Assembly: GCA_012295275.1 (NCBI GenBank)
Contig: CM022668.1
Coordinates: 7,006,001-7,070,000 of the forward strand
DNA length: 64,000 nucleotides
From: Chrysomallon squamiferum
Lineage: Eukaryota > Animalia > Mollusca
Direction of reading: 5' to 3'
In this document: positions 61,438-64,000 of the stretch, piece after piece
Layout: each line of letters begins with the position of its first letter
Position numbering within the stretch: position 1 is the stretch's first letter
Program-made: the position numbers and the translations under genes
Notes under the pieces: generated by a model
What the model was told of the DNA's origin: nothing
What the model saw: the letters and a program-made list of their open reading frames with translations, nothing else
Database searches by the model: none

Positions 61438-64000
61438 ATGGATTTAGGAACTGGCCGAAGATATGTAATAACGAGATTTACCGAGTAATTCCGAATGGCA
61501 AAATGACGTCAACAATTGTCAAACGTCACGGTGGACAGCCATTGTGAATGTCATGTGGTTTTCTCTTGCTAGAAATTAGTTGTTTTAAGGTATAAAATAT
61601 TTTTATTTCCGCAATAACCTTGATAAATTATACATTTTATATTGTAGATAAAATTAGTTTAATCAAATATTTCCAACGCATTAAATTAATTTATATACGA
61701 TAAAACTTTTTTACATATCAAATAGATCATTGCATAATCTTGAAGTTTTAAAGATATATTAATCTTATAAATACCACATTTATTTCTATAAATAAATAAT
61801 TATCTATTTATTTTAAGGAATGCAGATACTAATTTGATAATGTGTGTAATGATAGGAAATATAAGTTTAAACGTACTAAATGTTTTTCAATTCAAAAGTC
61901 TAAATTTATAAACACGTTATACATTTTGCTTTAGAATATGTATGTATGTGTGTATGTATTTGTGTAAGTGTATGTATTTTCTGTTTATGTCTGTGTTAGT
62001 GTTACATATGTTTGTGTCCATGTAAGTCTCTGTGTTTTTTGTGTTGTTTGTATTCATATATGTTTATGTATGTATGTGTGTGTTTTGTATTGTTTGTATT
62101 TATGTTTATGTATGTATGTATGTGTGTCTGTATTTTGTATTGTCAGTGTTAATCTATATTTATGTATGTATGTAAATGTGTATGTATTTTGTATTGTTAG
62201 AGTTTATATATGTTTGTATGTATGTATGAATGTATGTATGTTATGTATGCATTTTGTATTGTTAGCGTTTATATATGTATGTATATATGTATGAATGTGT
62301 GTATGTATGTATGTATGTGTGTCTGCATGTGTGAGGTTTGCATGTGTGAGGTTTGCTTTGTTAGTGTTTATATGTGTTTATGTATGTATGTGTGTATCTG
62401 TGTTTTTATTGTTAGTGTTTATATATGTTTATGTATGTATGTGTGTGCATTTTATATTTTTAGTATTTATATATGTTTATGTATGTGTGTGTGTCTGTGT
62501 TTTTATTGTTAGTGTTTACATATATATGTATGTATGCATGTATGTGTCTCTGTGTTTTTATTGTTAGTGTTTATATGTTTTTTATATTATGTATGCATGT
62601 ATGTGTCTGTGTTTTTTATTGTTAGTGTTTATATATGTTTATGTATGCATGTATGTGTGTCTGTGTTTTTTATTGTTAGTGTTTTTATATGTTTATGTAT
62701 GCATGTATGTGTGTGTGTGTGTTTTTTTTTTTTATTGTTTATGTTTACATATATTATGTATGCATGTATGTGTGTCTGTGTTTTTATTGTTAGTGGTTAC
62801 ATATGTTTATGTATGCATGTATGTGTCTCTGTGTTTTTATTGTTAGTGTTTATATATGTTTTGTTTGTATGTGTGTATGTATGTGTGTCTGTATATTATA
62901 TTGTTAGTGTTTTATATATGTTTATGTATGTTTGTGTGCCTGTGTTTTGTATTGTTAGTGTTTATATGTTTATTTTTATGTATGTATGTGTCTGTGTTTT
63001 GTATTGTAAGTGTTAATCTATGTTTATGTATGTATGTTTTGTTTTTATTTTTTTTTATTATCAGTATACTGTTAATATCTTGATGCTGTTATTATTATTA
63101 TTATTGTTTTTATTATTATTATTATTATTAGTAGTAGTATGCATGTATGTGTGTCTGTGTTTTGTATTGTTAGTTTATATATGTTTATGTATGTATGTAT
63201 ATTTATGTGCCTATGTTTTGTATTGTTAATGTTTATATGTTTATGTATGTATGTATGTATGTTTTGTATTGTTAGCGTTTATATGTTTATGTATATATTT
63301 GTCTTTTGTATCGTTTGTCTTATGTTTATGTATGTATGTATGTATGTATTTTGTAGTTTCTTTTTATGTATGTTCATGTCTGTGTTTTGTATTGTTAATG
63401 CTTATATGTTTATGTATGTATGTATGTATGTATGTATTTTGTATTGTTATTGCGTTTATATGTTTATGTATATATTTTTCTCTTTTGTATCGTTTGTCTA
63501 TATGTTTATGTATGTATGTATGTATGTATTTTGTAGTTTCTTTTTATGTATGTTCATGTCTGTGTTTTGTATTGTTAATGCTTATATGTTTATGTATGTA
63601 TGTATGTATGTATGTTTTGTATTATTGTGTTTATACGTTTATCAATGTGTATCTGTGTTTTGTTTGTGTTGAAATGTGATTATTTCTGTATGTCTGTATG
63701 TATGTTCTGTGTTGTGTTGTCAGATGTTTTTGTCTCTGTGTGTATGTATATTTTTCTTTGTGTGTCTGTCTACAGTCTTGTATTAGTAAACATATAGGCA
63801 CACATAACAGATAACTCATCACACTGATAGATAATTTTACAAGATATTGATATCTACACCTGTAAGTAATTTTTATTTATTACAAAACATCCATTACAAA
63901 ACTGACCTGTAGAAAATCACATGACCTGACTTCAGCTGACCACCGAGGTACGTATAAGGTTCATTATTGGAATTTACTTCAAATTTGGTATCTAGGCAAC

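Larger units (their letters stand above)
37930..64000. repeat. Macro-tandem repeat, 5.3-6.2 kb unit, at least 5 copies (the last runs off the window)
   Basis: Marker (C)GGTGGACAGCCATTGTG at 38281, 44519, 49972, 55309 and 61529 (spacings 6238, 5453, 5337, 6220). The order of conserved islands and TG-, TAAA- and CT-rich tracts is the same in each unit. Confidence 0.93.

Noticed and set aside
37930-64000. rDNA, 5S, histone, tRNA or spliceosomal snRNA tandem cluster
   Set aside because: No recognisable signature sequences of these genes on either strand. A TCCACCGTGACG PSE-like resemblance is not followed by any snRNA.

Overview
AT-rich, microsatellite-laden eukaryotic (invertebrate, probably lophotrochozoan; inference) genomic DNA with two parts. 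(1) Positions ~788-35435 (+) hold the 3' ~2050 codons of a megalin/LRP2-type lipoprotein receptor gene. I could trace 38 GT-AG exons with consistent phases: end of a YWTD propeller, EGF, 10 LDLa repeats, 2 EGF, YWTD propeller, EGF, 11 LDLa repeats, 2 EGF, YWTD propeller, 2 EGF, transmembrane helix, and a cytoplasmic tail with FxNPxY. One exon has a 1-bp frameshift, probably a sequencing error. About a third of the introns carry tandem repeats whose unit spans or starts at the exon-intron junction, creating arrays of up to ~50 decoy splice sites. (2) From ~37.9 kb to the window end is a head-to-tail macro-repeat of 5.3-6.2 kb (4 complete units plus a partial fifth) with no credible protein ORF. 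Each unit has short conserved islands in fast-changing simple sequence: an inverted pair of a bipartite motif, each with promoter-like motifs and a splice donor, flanking ~2 kb of TG-rich DNA; a ~130-bp island with hairpin potential and splice-like borders; and a MITE-like element. Most ORF-track entries are microsatellite artefacts.
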